From a virus (taxonomy: Duplodnaviria > Caudoviricetes), in the IMG/VR virus record IMGVR_UViG_3300047290_000102, positions 1 to 33,850 of that record: 33,850 bases of DNA. One strand, written 5' to 3'. Positions 1-7,905 of the stretch are shown piece after piece. Each line of letters starts with the position of its first letter. Position 1 is the stretch's first letter. A program made the position numbers and the translations under genes. The notes under the pieces were generated by a model. That model was not told where the DNA came from. It searched no databases and saw only the letters and a list, made by a program, of their open reading frames with translations.

Positions 1-102
1 TGGCACTATGACAAGACCGGAGACATTGTAAAAGCAATTGAATTGTTGCTTTTGTCTTGCTCTATCATTGGCATCAGAACTGGCTACCAAAGAATACAAT
101 AA
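1..102 (+). CDS. 3' end of a small membrane protein, possibly a holin (5' truncated by the window)
   Basis: Frame 1 is open from base 1: WHYDKTGDIVKAIELLLLSCSIIGIRTGYQRIQ*, a hydrophobic helix with a short basic tail. It lies near the lysis genes and is followed by a terminator. Confidence 0.45.
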   Translation, partial: WHYDKTGDIVKAIELLLLSCSIIGIRTGYQRIQ

Positions 103-126
103 TTAGTGAAGGTTAAATTAATGGGT

Positions 127-155
127 AAAGCACTTCAGCAATGGGGTGCTTTTTT
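127..155 (+). terminator. Intrinsic terminator
   Basis: Stem AAGCACTTCA / TGGGGTGCTT (two G-U pairs) with a GCAA tetraloop, running into a T tract. Confidence 0.7.
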
Positions 156-161
156 AATACT

Positions 162-719
162 ATGAAAAACACCAAGGACATATTGCTCATTCTTTGCCTC
201 CTATTTGGATTGGCAATTTACCTTGACATAAGGTTTAACAATCCATTCAAATCCAATGACACCATAATTTCAAGAGATAGCATCATTGTCAACCTACCAT
301 CACAAACATTCAACTTGCCACCTTCAGCACCAATAAGTGTGGTCAATAATCAATTGCCTTCCAAGATAGATACTGGGGCAGTTTTAAAGGCTTTCTTTAG
401 TGAAGTGACCTACTTGGATAGTGTGGACAATGATACCCTTAAAATCGTTTTAAAAGAGGTAATAAGTAGAAATGCCATTGTCTCAAGGGAATTGACTCAT
501 CGGCTCAAGATACCCATCACAAAAGTCATTGAAACAACTTATCAACCAAAAGGGATGTTCTATTATGGAGCATCAGCAACATATGGACAAACACTTGGCT
601 TGTCTCCAATGGTAGGCTACAAAAACAAAAGGGAGCAATTTTACTTTGGCTCTTACGATCCAATCAACAAGTCATTCCAAGTTGGTGGGATGTTGCCTAT
701 AAGGAAGTTCAGACCTTGA
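162..719 (+). CDS. Membrane-anchored exported protein, possible lysis accessory (spanin-like)
   Basis: ATG at 162 preferred because 141 lies inside the terminator. N-terminal TM helix (ILLILCLLFGLAIYL); C-terminal amphipathic beta strands (FYYGASATY...FQVGGML). Confidence 0.6.
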   Translation: MKNTKDILLILCLLFGLAIYLDIRFNNPFKSNDTIISRDSIIVNLPSQTFNLPPSAPISVVNNQLPSKIDTGAVLKAFFSEVTYLDSVDNDTLKIVLKEVISRNAIVSRELTHRLKIPITKVIETTYQPKGMFYYGASATYGQTLGLSPMVGYKNKREQFYFGSYDPINKSFQVGGMLPIRKFRP

Positions 720-894
720 AATTAGCCACACACTTTTTGACCTCTATCCAATAGGCTTCATTCTCCTTATCTTGCACTATCATTTTGTCAATGTAATCCA
801 TAGTGTCACCAAAGGATTTCTTGTGCAACAAATCATAATTGTTGAACCAGTTCAAGAAAAACAATTCACTTGCCTTTTCCTTTGGATTAATCAT
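709..894 (-). CDS. Small hypothetical phage protein
   Basis: MINPKEKASELF...YWIEVKK resembles small phage proteins of the MTPKEKA...YWxEVK pattern. The ATG at 894 overlaps the endolysin stop region. Confidence 0.6.
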   Translation of the reverse strand: MINPKEKASELFFLNWFNNYDLLHKKSFGDTMDYIDKMIVQDKENEAYWIEVKKCVANFKV

Positions 895-1351
895 TGTCCA
901 AAACTTTTGGGTGTACAAAGATGCAATTCTTGTAAGACCTTACTCGTAACATAACCTCACCACCATTAGACTGATTAGTTAAAGATGTGTTGCCTTCAAT
1001 GGAATGGAATTGGAATGGCTCAAGATGAGCAAGAAAGATTCCGGTGTGGTCATATCTTTTGTCACCATTGAAATCAAAAAAAACTATATCACCCGGTAGA
1101 GGCTTGGTGGTTATTTCGCCAGTCTTTTTGAAATGTGCCACGGCAGTTTGACAACCGGCAAAGCCTTTGCTGAATCCTATCCTACCAAGGTTTGCATCAG
1201 CTTGGTCATAAACCCAAGAGACAAACATTCCACACCAAGCCAATCCATCCAATCCAAACCATTTACCATACTTGGTCTTGTTTGAATTTCTTGGGAATTC
1301 CTTATATCCCAATTCGCCATTTGCTATCTTCAATATCTTTAGAGCCTTCAT
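887..1351 (-). CDS. CHAP-domain endolysin (peptidoglycan hydrolase)
   Basis: Motifs WCGMFVSWV (catalytic Cys), PGDIVFF, HTGI (catalytic His) and IEGNT. Confidence 0.92.
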   Translation of the reverse strand: MKALKILKIANGELGYKEFPRNSNKTKYGKWFGLDGLAWCGMFVSWVYDQADANLGRIGFSKGFAGCQTAVAHFKKTGEITTKPLPGDIVFFDFNGDKRYDHTGIFLAHLEPFQFHSIEGNTSLTNQSNGGEVMLRVRSYKNCIFVHPKVLDND

Positions 1352-1574
1352 CTACGAAAATAAAAGTTATCTTTTTTTCAAGTCTATTAATCTTATACTT
1401 CAACCTATTCCCATAGTTCCAAAGCCTTCTTTTGTCATAAGGTTTAGCCTCATCTGAATGATACCAAATTTGGAATTCAGCATAATGCTTTTTCAACCTA
1501 TGATACACTTCAAGTGTGTCGGTAGTCTTTTCGCTAAAGGGAATAGGTGGAAGTTCTTTGGGTGTGGCTACCAT
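1302..1574 (-). CDS. Hypothetical protein
   Basis: 90-aa ORF overlapping both neighbours in the leftward unit; no motif recognised. Confidence 0.55.
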   Translation of the reverse strand: MVATPKELPPIPFSEKTTDTLEVYHRLKKHYAEFQIWYHSDEAKPYDKRRLWNYGNRLKYKINRLEKKITFIFVDEGSKDIEDSKWRIGI

Positions 1575-2008
1575 TCAAAGTATGAGTTTTTCCAATTAAG
1601 ATGCACTCCAATGGTTGTCAGCATTGATAGGAAGGTAGTGGATGCCCAAAACCTTTTGCCTCTCTTTTGCTTTTTGATTTCCTTGCTTGTCTCAATTGCC
1701 ATTGCCATATTTTGTGAAGCAAGTGTGTCATTGTATTCTTGCAAGTTCTTCATTTCTCTTTTCAGAGTGGTGATGGCATTCTCTTTTTTTGCATAGTCTA
1801 TATAAAGCAAAGTCAATTCTGCCTTGGCTTTCTTCAGTTCTATACGATCCAAGTCACATTGGTTCAAGTCAGCCATCAACATTTCCATCAATGACTTGGG
1901 TGTATAAACCAAAGTGTCTCCCCAGTAGATGTTATTGGAAAGAGTATCGGTTTGAGAGAATGTTGGTAATGTTTTCAGAAGCAGAACGATTAATAGGATT
2001 TTTTTCAT
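1568..2008 (-). CDS. Exported coiled-coil protein with C-terminal hydrophobic segment (spanin-like candidate)
   Basis: Signal peptide MKKILLIVLLLKTLPTFS|Q, central heptad pattern, basic patch and then FWASTTFLSMLTTIGV. Lies upstream of the endolysin. Confidence 0.6.
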   Translation of the reverse strand: MKKILLIVLLLKTLPTFSQTDTLSNNIYWGDTLVYTPKSLMEMLMADLNQCDLDRIELKKAKAELTLLYIDYAKKENAITTLKREMKNLQEYNDTLASQNMAMAIETSKEIKKQKRGKRFWASTTFLSMLTTIGVHLNWKNSYFEW

Positions 2009-2276
2009 TGCGTTTGTATTTGATGATTGTTAAAGGTTTTTGATTTAGTTCTTGTTGTAACTCATTGCACTTGATAATTAGTTGGGCATTCTCATTTAAG
2101 AGGTCAACCTCTCTTTCATCCCACTTGGTTTTCATTTGCTCCAATTCTTGGAGTCTTTGATAATCGGCAGAGACCGGAGTGGTTACCGATTTCAATTTTT
2201 GGTGCATTCGGTAAGTATTGGCTACCAAGCCAAAGATTACTAATGTCACCACAATGGGCAAAATTCTTTCTTTCAT
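1932..2276 (-). CDS. N-terminally anchored coiled-coil protein (i-spanin/Rz-like candidate)
   Basis: TM helix ILPIVVTLVIFGLVA followed by coiled coil; overlaps the next gene by 77 bp. Confidence 0.6.
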   Translation of the reverse strand: MKERILPIVVTLVIFGLVANTYRMHQKLKSVTTPVSADYQRLQELEQMKTKWDEREVDLLNENAQLIIKCNELQQELNQKPLTIIKYKRNEKNPINRSASENITNILSNRYSFQ

Positions 2277-2288
2277 AAGTTTGATTGT

Positions 2289-3212
2289 TTAAAATGGTAA
2301 GTAATTATTGTAAGTTAGTTTTAATCCTTCATCCAAGGAGGTCTTGTGTGACCATCCAAGTGCATTGAGCTTTGATGAGTCAAGTAATTTTCTTGATGTG
2401 CCATCCGGCATTGATGTGTTGAATTCAAGATATCCAACAAAATTGGTCAACTCCTTTATCTTAAATGCCAATTCCCTCACACTTATTTCTTCACCAGTGC
2501 CTACATTGATGTGCATAGGGTCATCATAATTGCACATCAGAAAGTGCATTGCATCGGCAAGGTCATCCACATAAATGAATTCCCTCAATGGTGTGCCAGT
2601 CCCCCAAACTTCCATTGATTCTTGGTTGTTAGCCTTGGCAATTTGAAATCTATGAATAAGGGAAGCAATGATATGACCATAGTGTTGGTTGAAATTATCC
2701 CCAATCCCATACACATTGCAAGGCATTAGGCTAATGATGTTAGTGCCATACTGGGAGGCATAGGCTTGAGCAAGTTTGATGCCCATAATCTTTGCCAATG
2801 CATAAGGCTCATTGGTTGGCTCAAGATAACCATTCAACAAATATTCTTCTTTGATTGGTTGTGGACAATGCTTTGGATAGATGCAAGAAGAACCAAGCAC
2901 CATTGTCTTTTTCACTCCCCATTTGTGACAAGCACTTATCACATTCAAAAGCATTGTGGCATTGTCATAAAGGAATTCACTTGGGTAGGTATCATTGGCA
3001 AGAATGCCACCAACCTTACCGGCACACATAACAACATAATGTGGTTGGTGTGTGGCAAAGAATGAATCTACAAGATATTTGCTTGTGAGGTCAAGTTGAT
3101 TCCTTGTTGGGACTTGGATCGTTGAATAACCTTCTTTGATTAACAATCTAACATAAGCAGAGCCAACCATTCCATTAGCACCAAGAACAAGAATGCGTGA
3201 ATCCTTTTCCAT
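2289..3212 (-). CDS. fcl: GDP-L-fucose synthase (GDP-4-keto-6-deoxymannose 3,5-epimerase/4-reductase)
   Basis: GANGMVGSA Rossmann motif, AGKVGGILAN, LGSSCIYP, EPTNEPYALAK (YxxxK), VWGTGTPLREFIYVDDLA, PDGTSRK. Confidence 0.97.
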   Translation of the reverse strand: MEKDSRILVLGANGMVGSAYVRLLIKEGYSTIQVPTRNQLDLTSKYLVDSFFATHQPHYVVMCAGKVGGILANDTYPSEFLYDNATMLLNVISACHKWGVKKTMVLGSSCIYPKHCPQPIKEEYLLNGYLEPTNEPYALAKIMGIKLAQAYASQYGTNIISLMPCNVYGIGDNFNQHYGHIIASLIHRFQIAKANNQESMEVWGTGTPLREFIYVDDLADAMHFLMCNYDDPMHINVGTGEEISVRELAFKIKELTNFVGYLEFNTSMPDGTSRKLLDSSKLNALGWSHKTSLDEGLKLTYNNYLPF

Positions 3213-4213
3213 TATCGTGATTCAATTTCAGTTTTAATCATATCCTCAATGAGCATATCAATATCATAAAATGGATGCCATCCAAGTTCATTTCTTATTA
3301 AACTGGAATCCCCAAGGAGTAGGTCAACTTCATTAGGTCGGTAATATTTGTGATTGGTTTGCACTCTTTTCTTCAAACTCACTTGGTCAATGCCTATCAT
3401 ATTGATGCCATCACCTTCCCAATCTAATTTGATGCTGAAGAAATCAAAACACTTGGTAAGGAATTCAAATACTGAAATGGTCACTCCGGTAGCAACAACA
3501 TAATCCTTTGGCTTATAGTTTTGAAGCATCAGCCACATTGCCTTGACATAATCCTTGGAATGTCCCCAGTCCCTTTTTGAATAAAGATTTCCAAGTGTCA
3601 AGAAATCCAACTTGCCAAAGTACATATCAACAAGACCTTTGGTTATTTTCCTTGTTACAAAGGTTTCGCCTCTGCGTGGGGATTCGTGGTTAAATAAGAT
3701 TCCACTAACTGCAAACAAGCCATAAGCCTCCCTATAATTTTTTACCATATGATGGGCAAAGACCTTTGCAACTGCATAGGGTGAAACTGGGTTGAATGGT
3801 GTGGATTCCTTTTGTGGGGTCTCCAAAACCTTTCCAAACATTTCAGATGAACTGGCTTGATAGAACTTGGTATGGGGTGAGTATTTGCGTAAAGTTTCAA
3901 GAATGTTCAAGCATCCAATGGCATCCACTTGGGATGTATAGCAAGGCATAATGAATGAAACAAGCACTTGGCTTTGTGCTGATAGGTTATAACACTCATT
4001 TGGGTTAACCTCAAGAATCACATCCATCACACTTGCCATATCAGTCACATCCCCATAATGCAAATGCAGTTGCTCATAGATATGGTCAATTCTTTGTGTG
4101 TTGAACATTGAGGCTTTCCTAATAACACCGTGGACTTCATATCCTTTTTCAAGAAGCAATTCAGCAAGATACGATCCATCTTGTCCGGTGATACCAAAGA
4201 TTAGTGCTTTCAT
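3212..4213 (-). CDS. gmd: GDP-mannose 4,6-dehydratase
   Basis: GITGQDGSYLAELLL, YQASSSEMFG, SPYAVAK, GILFNHESPRRGETFVTRKIT, RDWGH. The stop overlaps the fcl start. Confidence 0.98.
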   Translation of the reverse strand: MKALIFGITGQDGSYLAELLLEKGYEVHGVIRKASMFNTQRIDHIYEQLHLHYGDVTDMASVMDVILEVNPNECYNLSAQSQVLVSFIMPCYTSQVDAIGCLNILETLRKYSPHTKFYQASSSEMFGKVLETPQKESTPFNPVSPYAVAKVFAHHMVKNYREAYGLFAVSGILFNHESPRRGETFVTRKITKGLVDMYFGKLDFLTLGNLYSKRDWGHSKDYVKAMWLMLQNYKPKDYVVATGVTISVFEFLTKCFDFFSIKLDWEGDGINMIGIDQVSLKKRVQTNHKYYRPNEVDLLLGDSSLIRNELGWHPFYDIDMLIEDMIKTEIESR

Positions 4214-4401
4214 TGTTTGCCTCCTTCTTCATGCCAATCATTAATTGCTTTCCTTAATTCTTTGCTTTCAACCGGAGTGAACTTGTTAAACTCCACACAA
4301 AGGTCAAATCGTTCTTCATCCATTCCACAAGCAAGGAGCAAGACCTTCTTGTTTATACCTTCAGATAAGGCATCAATTATGAGGTCTTGAAGTTTGTTCA
4401 T
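4210..4401 (-). CDS. Small hypothetical protein, possibly HTH-like
   Basis: 63 aa, ATGA-coupled to gmd; helical pattern similar to the upstream gene. Confidence 0.55.
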   Translation of the reverse strand: MNKLQDLIIDALSEGINKKVLLLACGMDEERFDLCVEFNKFTPVESKELRKAINDWHEEGGKQ

Positions 4402-4588
4402 TGATGGCTACTTTAATAATGATGTCTTTATCTATGCGAAGGTGAAAGGCAATTCGCTCCAGTTCATCCATTGTAAAAAGGTATGGTGTCTTAATGGCTT
4501 TATAGAAACGATTCCTTGGGATTTTAGCCACCTTTAAAAGATGCTCTTTCTTCACTCCGGTGCTTGTTATCAGTTCATTTAGTGTCAT
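4373..4588 (-). CDS. Cro/CI-type HTH DNA-binding protein
   Basis: LNELI..GVKKEHLLKVAKIPRNRFY...FTMDELERIA fits the XRE-family helix pattern; first gene after a divergent intergenic region. Confidence 0.65.
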   Translation of the reverse strand: MTLNELITSTGVKKEHLLKVAKIPRNRFYKAIKTPYLFTMDELERIAFHLRIDKDIIIKVAINEQTSRPHN

Positions 4589-4596
4589 AATGGGTG

Positions 4597-4629
4597 TAAA
4601 TATACATCAGTACCCACCATAGTTTTCAA
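4597..4629 (-). promoter_or_regulatory. Putative Bacteroidota-type promoter, leftward
   Basis: Minus strand has TTG, 22 nt, then TATATTTA (one mismatch to TAnnTTTG), ending 8 nt before the ATG at 4588. Confidence 0.45.
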
Positions 4630-4701
4630 CAACCCTCTGATTTTATGTGGCTAAAGTGCTGTAAATGAGCAGAATTGCAATTGTTAAAAAAACATATTGA
4701 T

Positions 4702-4735
4702 TTTGACGCACGGGTACATATTTGTACTATATTTG
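4702..4735 (+). promoter_or_regulatory. Putative Bacteroidota-type promoter, rightward early
   Basis: TTTG at 4702-4705 and TATATTTG at 4728-4735, matching the -33/-7 consensus with slightly long spacing. Confidence 0.6.
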
Positions 4736-4774
4736 CCATATCAAAATCAGTCAAACAATTTAAAACTCTTTGTT

Positions 4775-4963
4775 ATGAACCAATCACTCACTTCCCTAAT
4801 CGTTCTTGCTGAAACTTCAGCCAATGCTAATTCTTCTGCTCTTTTCTGCTTGTCACAAGCAAAGCAATTGTTTTCTTCTGATGAGCAGTCTGCTCGTATG
4901 TGGGCAATTCGCTCACTCAAGTATTCATTGGGTGTTCTTAACCCAATTTTCAAAACTCTCTAA
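4775..4963 (+). CDS. Small early hypothetical protein
   Basis: ATG at 4775 downstream of the promoter, in an A-rich context; 62 aa. Confidence 0.6.
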   Translation: MNQSLTSLIVLAETSANANSSALFCLSQAKQLFSSDEQSARMWAIRSLKYSLGVLNPIFKTL

Positions 4964-4970
4964 TCCAACC

Positions 4971-4989
4971 GGGGGGCTAACAACCCCCC
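4971..4989 (+). other. G6/C6 stem-loop in an intergenic region
   Basis: GGGGGG-CTAACAA-CCCCCC with no following T tract on the plus strand. Confidence 0.55.
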
Positions 4990-5022
4990 ATCACAAAATC
5001 TAAAAACCAAAACAAAAGCAAA

Positions 5023-5166
5023 ATGAACAAGTCACAACTATTCAAAGTCAACTACATTTTCAACGGCAATTCTTATGAGTGCCTCCTTTTAATTTATCCA
5101 AACGATAGGATTGAAAAGATGCTACCAAGTGAGTGCATCATTATGTCAGTTACTGAAATCAAATAA
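5023..5166 (+). CDS. Small hypothetical protein (47 aa, not in ORF track)
   Basis: MNKSQLFKVNYIFNGNSYEC...VTEIK*, preceded by the recurring AAAACAAAAGCAAA leader. Confidence 0.65.
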   Translation: MNKSQLFKVNYIFNGNSYECLLLIYPNDRIEKMLPSECIIMSVTEIK

Positions 5167-5193
5167 TAACACTAAAACAAAAGCAAAATGAAA
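5160..5193 (+). repeat. 34-bp perfect direct repeat, copy 1
   Basis: CAAATAATAACACTAAAACAAAAGCAAAATGAAA, identical to 5349-5382. Confidence 0.9.
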
Positions 5194-5355
5194 ACCTACC
5201 ATAACCATTCAAAATCAAAGTGCATTTGGTACGATTACCGTTTAAGGCTTTGGACACTTCAAATGTTAGATGAGCAAGGCAATCAAATTGATGGTGTGGA
5301 TTATGTGGTTAATCGTATTGATGCCTTCAATTGGTTAAATGAAATAAACAAATAA
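5188..5355 (+). CDS. Small hypothetical protein (55 aa, not in ORF track)
   Basis: MKTYHNHSKSKCIWYD...WLNEINK*; the start lies in repeat copy 1 and the stop in copy 2. Confidence 0.7.
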   Translation: MKTYHNHSKSKCIWYDYRLRLWTLQMLDEQGNQIDGVDYVVNRIDAFNWLNEINK

Positions 5356-5382
5356 TAACACTAAAACAAAAGCAAAATGAAA
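5349..5382 (+). repeat. 34-bp perfect direct repeat, copy 2
   Basis: Identical to 5160-5193. Confidence 0.9.
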
Positions 5383-5496
5383 TACCTACTACTAACCTTT
5401 GTGGCATTCGCTCTTGTGGAACAAGACCACTTTATTGCCGGAACTATTGTATTTGTATACTGCATCTATAACCTTTTAAAACTCCAAGCAAAATGA
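5377..5496 (+). CDS. Small hydrophobic protein (39 aa, not in ORF track)
   Basis: MKYLLLTFVAFALVEQDHFIAGTIVFVYCIYNLLKLQAK*; ATGA overlap with the next gene. Confidence 0.6.
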   Translation: MKYLLLTFVAFALVEQDHFIAGTIVFVYCIYNLLKLQAK

Positions 5497-5684
5497 ACAT
5501 TGAAGAAATGAATGCACGAATCACAAGTGGTCAAGTGATAAGGCTTGACTGCAATGAAACTATCCGTGGAGGTATTAACCTTTCACAATTGGACAAGTTA
5601 AGGCACTACTGGGCAGAACACGGCTTTCCAAATGGCAATGACATTGATGAGGCAAAAAAGAAAGTGAGGGTGAAGAATGGTTAA
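5493..5684 (+). CDS. Hypothetical protein
   Basis: 63 aa, coupled to both neighbours, AAGCAAA-ATG start context. Confidence 0.6.
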   Translation: MNIEEMNARITSGQVIRLDCNETIRGGINLSQLDKLRHYWAEHGFPNGNDIDEAKKKVRVKNG

Positions 5685-5877
5685 TATGTATGTCTACCAC
5701 CCAACCAATGGAACAAGTGTTGATTTGGAATGTGAATGGGATGAGAATGGATTTCCTTATTGGTATAAAATAATTTACATATGGGATGCCACTGGTCACA
5801 TTGAATTGGACAAGTCCACTTATGACCTATCTTGGATGACCTTTGATTATATTGAAGAATTTGGAGAAAAATGTTAA
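5677..5877 (+). CDS. Acidic hypothetical protein
   Basis: 66 aa, rich in D/E and aromatic residues; overlaps the previous stop. Confidence 0.55.
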   Translation: MVNMYVYHPTNGTSVDLECEWDENGFPYWYKIIYIWDATGHIELDKSTYDLSWMTFDYIEEFGEKC

Positions 5878-5897
5878 ACCATAATACCAAAAGCAAA

Positions 5898-6167
5898 ATG
5901 ACACCGGAAGAAATAAAAGACAACATCAAGCAACTTGACTTCAATGCCTACAAACAAATTGTGGACATTGCATTAATCCACAACCTACCACACCAAGTGG
6001 TTGACCAATTGTGTGACATAGTAAATGAATCCAATATGCGAAACTTCTACATTGGATCGTATAGTACTGCCAACAACATATTGACCAATGAAGAATTCAA
6101 TAGGATTTATTCTGAAAAATTAATTGAGAAAGTAAATAAGTATAACCAAAAAAATCAAAAGCAATGA
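5898..6167 (+). CDS. Hypothetical protein
   Basis: ATG at 5898 follows the CAAAAGCAAA leader; ATGA-coupled to recT. Confidence 0.6.
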   Translation: MTPEEIKDNIKQLDFNAYKQIVDIALIHNLPHQVVDQLCDIVNESNMRNFYIGSYSTANNILTNEEFNRIYSEKLIEKVNKYNQKNQKQ

Positions 6168-7027
6168 GCAACATTCAAACAACAACCAGTTCAATTGACC
6201 TCCTAAAGAGTGAGGCAGTACAAACCAAGTTCCAAGAATTACTTGGAAGCAAAGCCAAAGGATTTGTGACATCAGTTATGTCAGCCATAAGCACAAACCC
6301 ATCTTTAAAGAATGCTGACCCCAATTCAGTTTATATGAGTGCAATGATGGGGGCAGTTCTTGACCTACCCATTAATCAAAACCTTGGATTTGCGTATATA
6401 GTACCATATGGTGACAAGGCACAATTCCAAATAGGTGTGAAGGGATTGGTTCAACTGGCACAAAGAAGTGGGCAATTCAAAACAATCTCCAGTTGTCCGG
6501 TATATGATGGGCAGTTGACTTCACAAGACCCATTGAAAGGATTTGAATTCAATTGGGAGGCTAAAAGAAGCGACAAGGTGATTGGCTTTGTGGCTTACTT
6601 CTCTTTGCTCAATGGCTTTGAGAAAACGCTTTATATGTCATTAGATGAGGTCACAACGCACGGCAAGAAGTATAGCAAGACCTTTGGCAACAAATATGGG
6701 GTTTGGCAAACTGATTTCAACGCAATGGGTGAAAAGACCGTATTGAAAAGACTGCTTTCAAAATATGCACCACTATCCATTGAAATGCAGAAGGCAATTA
6801 TTTCTGACCAAAGTGTTATAAACAATGCTGAAACCTTGGATGTGTCTTATGTTGATAATGAAGTGACAAAAGAAGACAATGAAAGGGATAGGCTCATTCA
6901 ACTCATTGGGGCATCCACATCAGTTGAGCAACTTGACAAACTTGGTAAGCACATCAATGAGGGAGATAATGAACTTATGGACATTTATCTTTCAAAGATG
7001 TATGAACTGAAAGGAGGTAACAAATGA
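6164..7027 (+). CDS. recT: RecT-family single-strand annealing protein
   Basis: LDLPINQNLGFAYIVPY, AQFQIGVKGLVQLAQRSGQ, WQTDFNAMGEKTVLKRLLSKYAPLS. Confidence 0.92.
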   Translation: MSNIQTTTSSIDLLKSEAVQTKFQELLGSKAKGFVTSVMSAISTNPSLKNADPNSVYMSAMMGAVLDLPINQNLGFAYIVPYGDKAQFQIGVKGLVQLAQRSGQFKTISSCPVYDGQLTSQDPLKGFEFNWEAKRSDKVIGFVAYFSLLNGFEKTLYMSLDEVTTHGKKYSKTFGNKYGVWQTDFNAMGEKTVLKRLLSKYAPLSIEMQKAIISDQSVINNAETLDVSYVDNEVTKEDNERDRLIQLIGASTSVEQLDKLGKHINEGDNELMDIYLSKMYELKGGNK

Positions 7028-7689
7028 GCCAGTTCAAGATTAGGTGTAGTGCCATTGGTCAGTTGATGACTGAACCACGCACCAAAAGTGAAGCACTTTC
7101 AGAGACTGCAAAGGAATACATCCGGCAACAATGGATTGCAGACACCTACGGCAGACAAAAAGATTTCTCAAGTAAGGCAATCCAAAAGGGGATTGCCAAT
7201 GAAGAAGAAGGAATTACAATGCTATCACTTTACCTTGGTGAATTCCTTTTGAAGAATGAAGACACTTTGGAAAACCAGTACATCAAAGGCACTTGTGACA
7301 TCATTCATAATGGTGTGGTGTATGACATCAAATGCCCTTGGGACATTTTCAATTTTGCAAAAGCAGACCTTAAGAAAGAATATTGGTGGCAGTTGCAAGG
7401 TTATATGGAACTCTATGGCATTGACAAAGCTTGTTTGGTATATGTGCTGACCGATACTCCGGCATCCATCATAGAGAACGAAGTCCGATCCATCATTTAC
7501 AAAATGAATTCAATTGATGTTGATGCCATTGAAATACAAGCAATGGTGACAAAGCAACTGACCTTTAATGACATCCCTAAAGAGTCAAGGATTAAGTTGT
7601 TTCACTTTGATAGGGATGTTGAAGCAATGCAAAAGGTAAAAGAGAAATGGGTAATTGCAAATGAATATTATAACACTTTAACTCTATGA
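7024..7689 (+). CDS. Lambda-exonuclease/YqaJ-like PD-(D/E)XK exonuclease
   Basis: FKIRCS, KGIANEEE, GTCD...DIKCPW, YWWQLQGYMEL; coupled to recT. Confidence 0.85.
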   Translation: MSQFKIRCSAIGQLMTEPRTKSEALSETAKEYIRQQWIADTYGRQKDFSSKAIQKGIANEEEGITMLSLYLGEFLLKNEDTLENQYIKGTCDIIHNGVVYDIKCPWDIFNFAKADLKKEYWWQLQGYMELYGIDKACLVYVLTDTPASIIENEVRSIIYKMNSIDVDAIEIQAMVTKQLTFNDIPKESRIKLFHFDRDVEAMQKVKEKWVIANEYYNTLTL

Positions 7690-7904
7690 GAAAATATAAA
7701 TATTGGACAACAACTGAAAAAAAGTTTGTTGAAGACAATTTGATGTTAACTGACAAGCAACTTGCCAAGGCACTTGGAAGGGAATGGAAGAATGTTCACG
7801 CATTCAGAAGAAGACTTGGCTTAAAGAAGCCATCAGAATTCTTTGTAATGGTCAAGAAAGACAATGTAAAATTAGGTGGTGGCAGACCTATAAAAAGAAA
7901 CTGA
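7686..7904 (+). CDS. Small basic HTH-like protein
   Basis: WTTTEKKF...TDKQLAKALGR...V...RRRLGL pattern. Confidence 0.65.
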   Translation: MRKYKYWTTTEKKFVEDNLMLTDKQLAKALGREWKNVHAFRRRLGLKKPSEFFVMVKKDNVKLGGGRPIKRN

Positions 7905-7905
7905 T

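Noticed and set aside
141-161. Upstream ATG at 141 for the membrane protein
   Set aside because: It lies inside the terminator hairpin; ATG 162 gives a normal basic N-terminus.
4373-4775. Lambda-like lysis/lysogeny switch
   Set aside because: Divergent promoters and an HTH gene are present, but I found no operator repeats, peptidase-domain repressor, integrase or att site, so lifestyle cannot be called.
5009-5382. Repeats as a CRISPR mini-array
   Set aside because: Only two full copies, A-rich and non-palindromic; the 155-bp spacer is an ORF; no cas genes.
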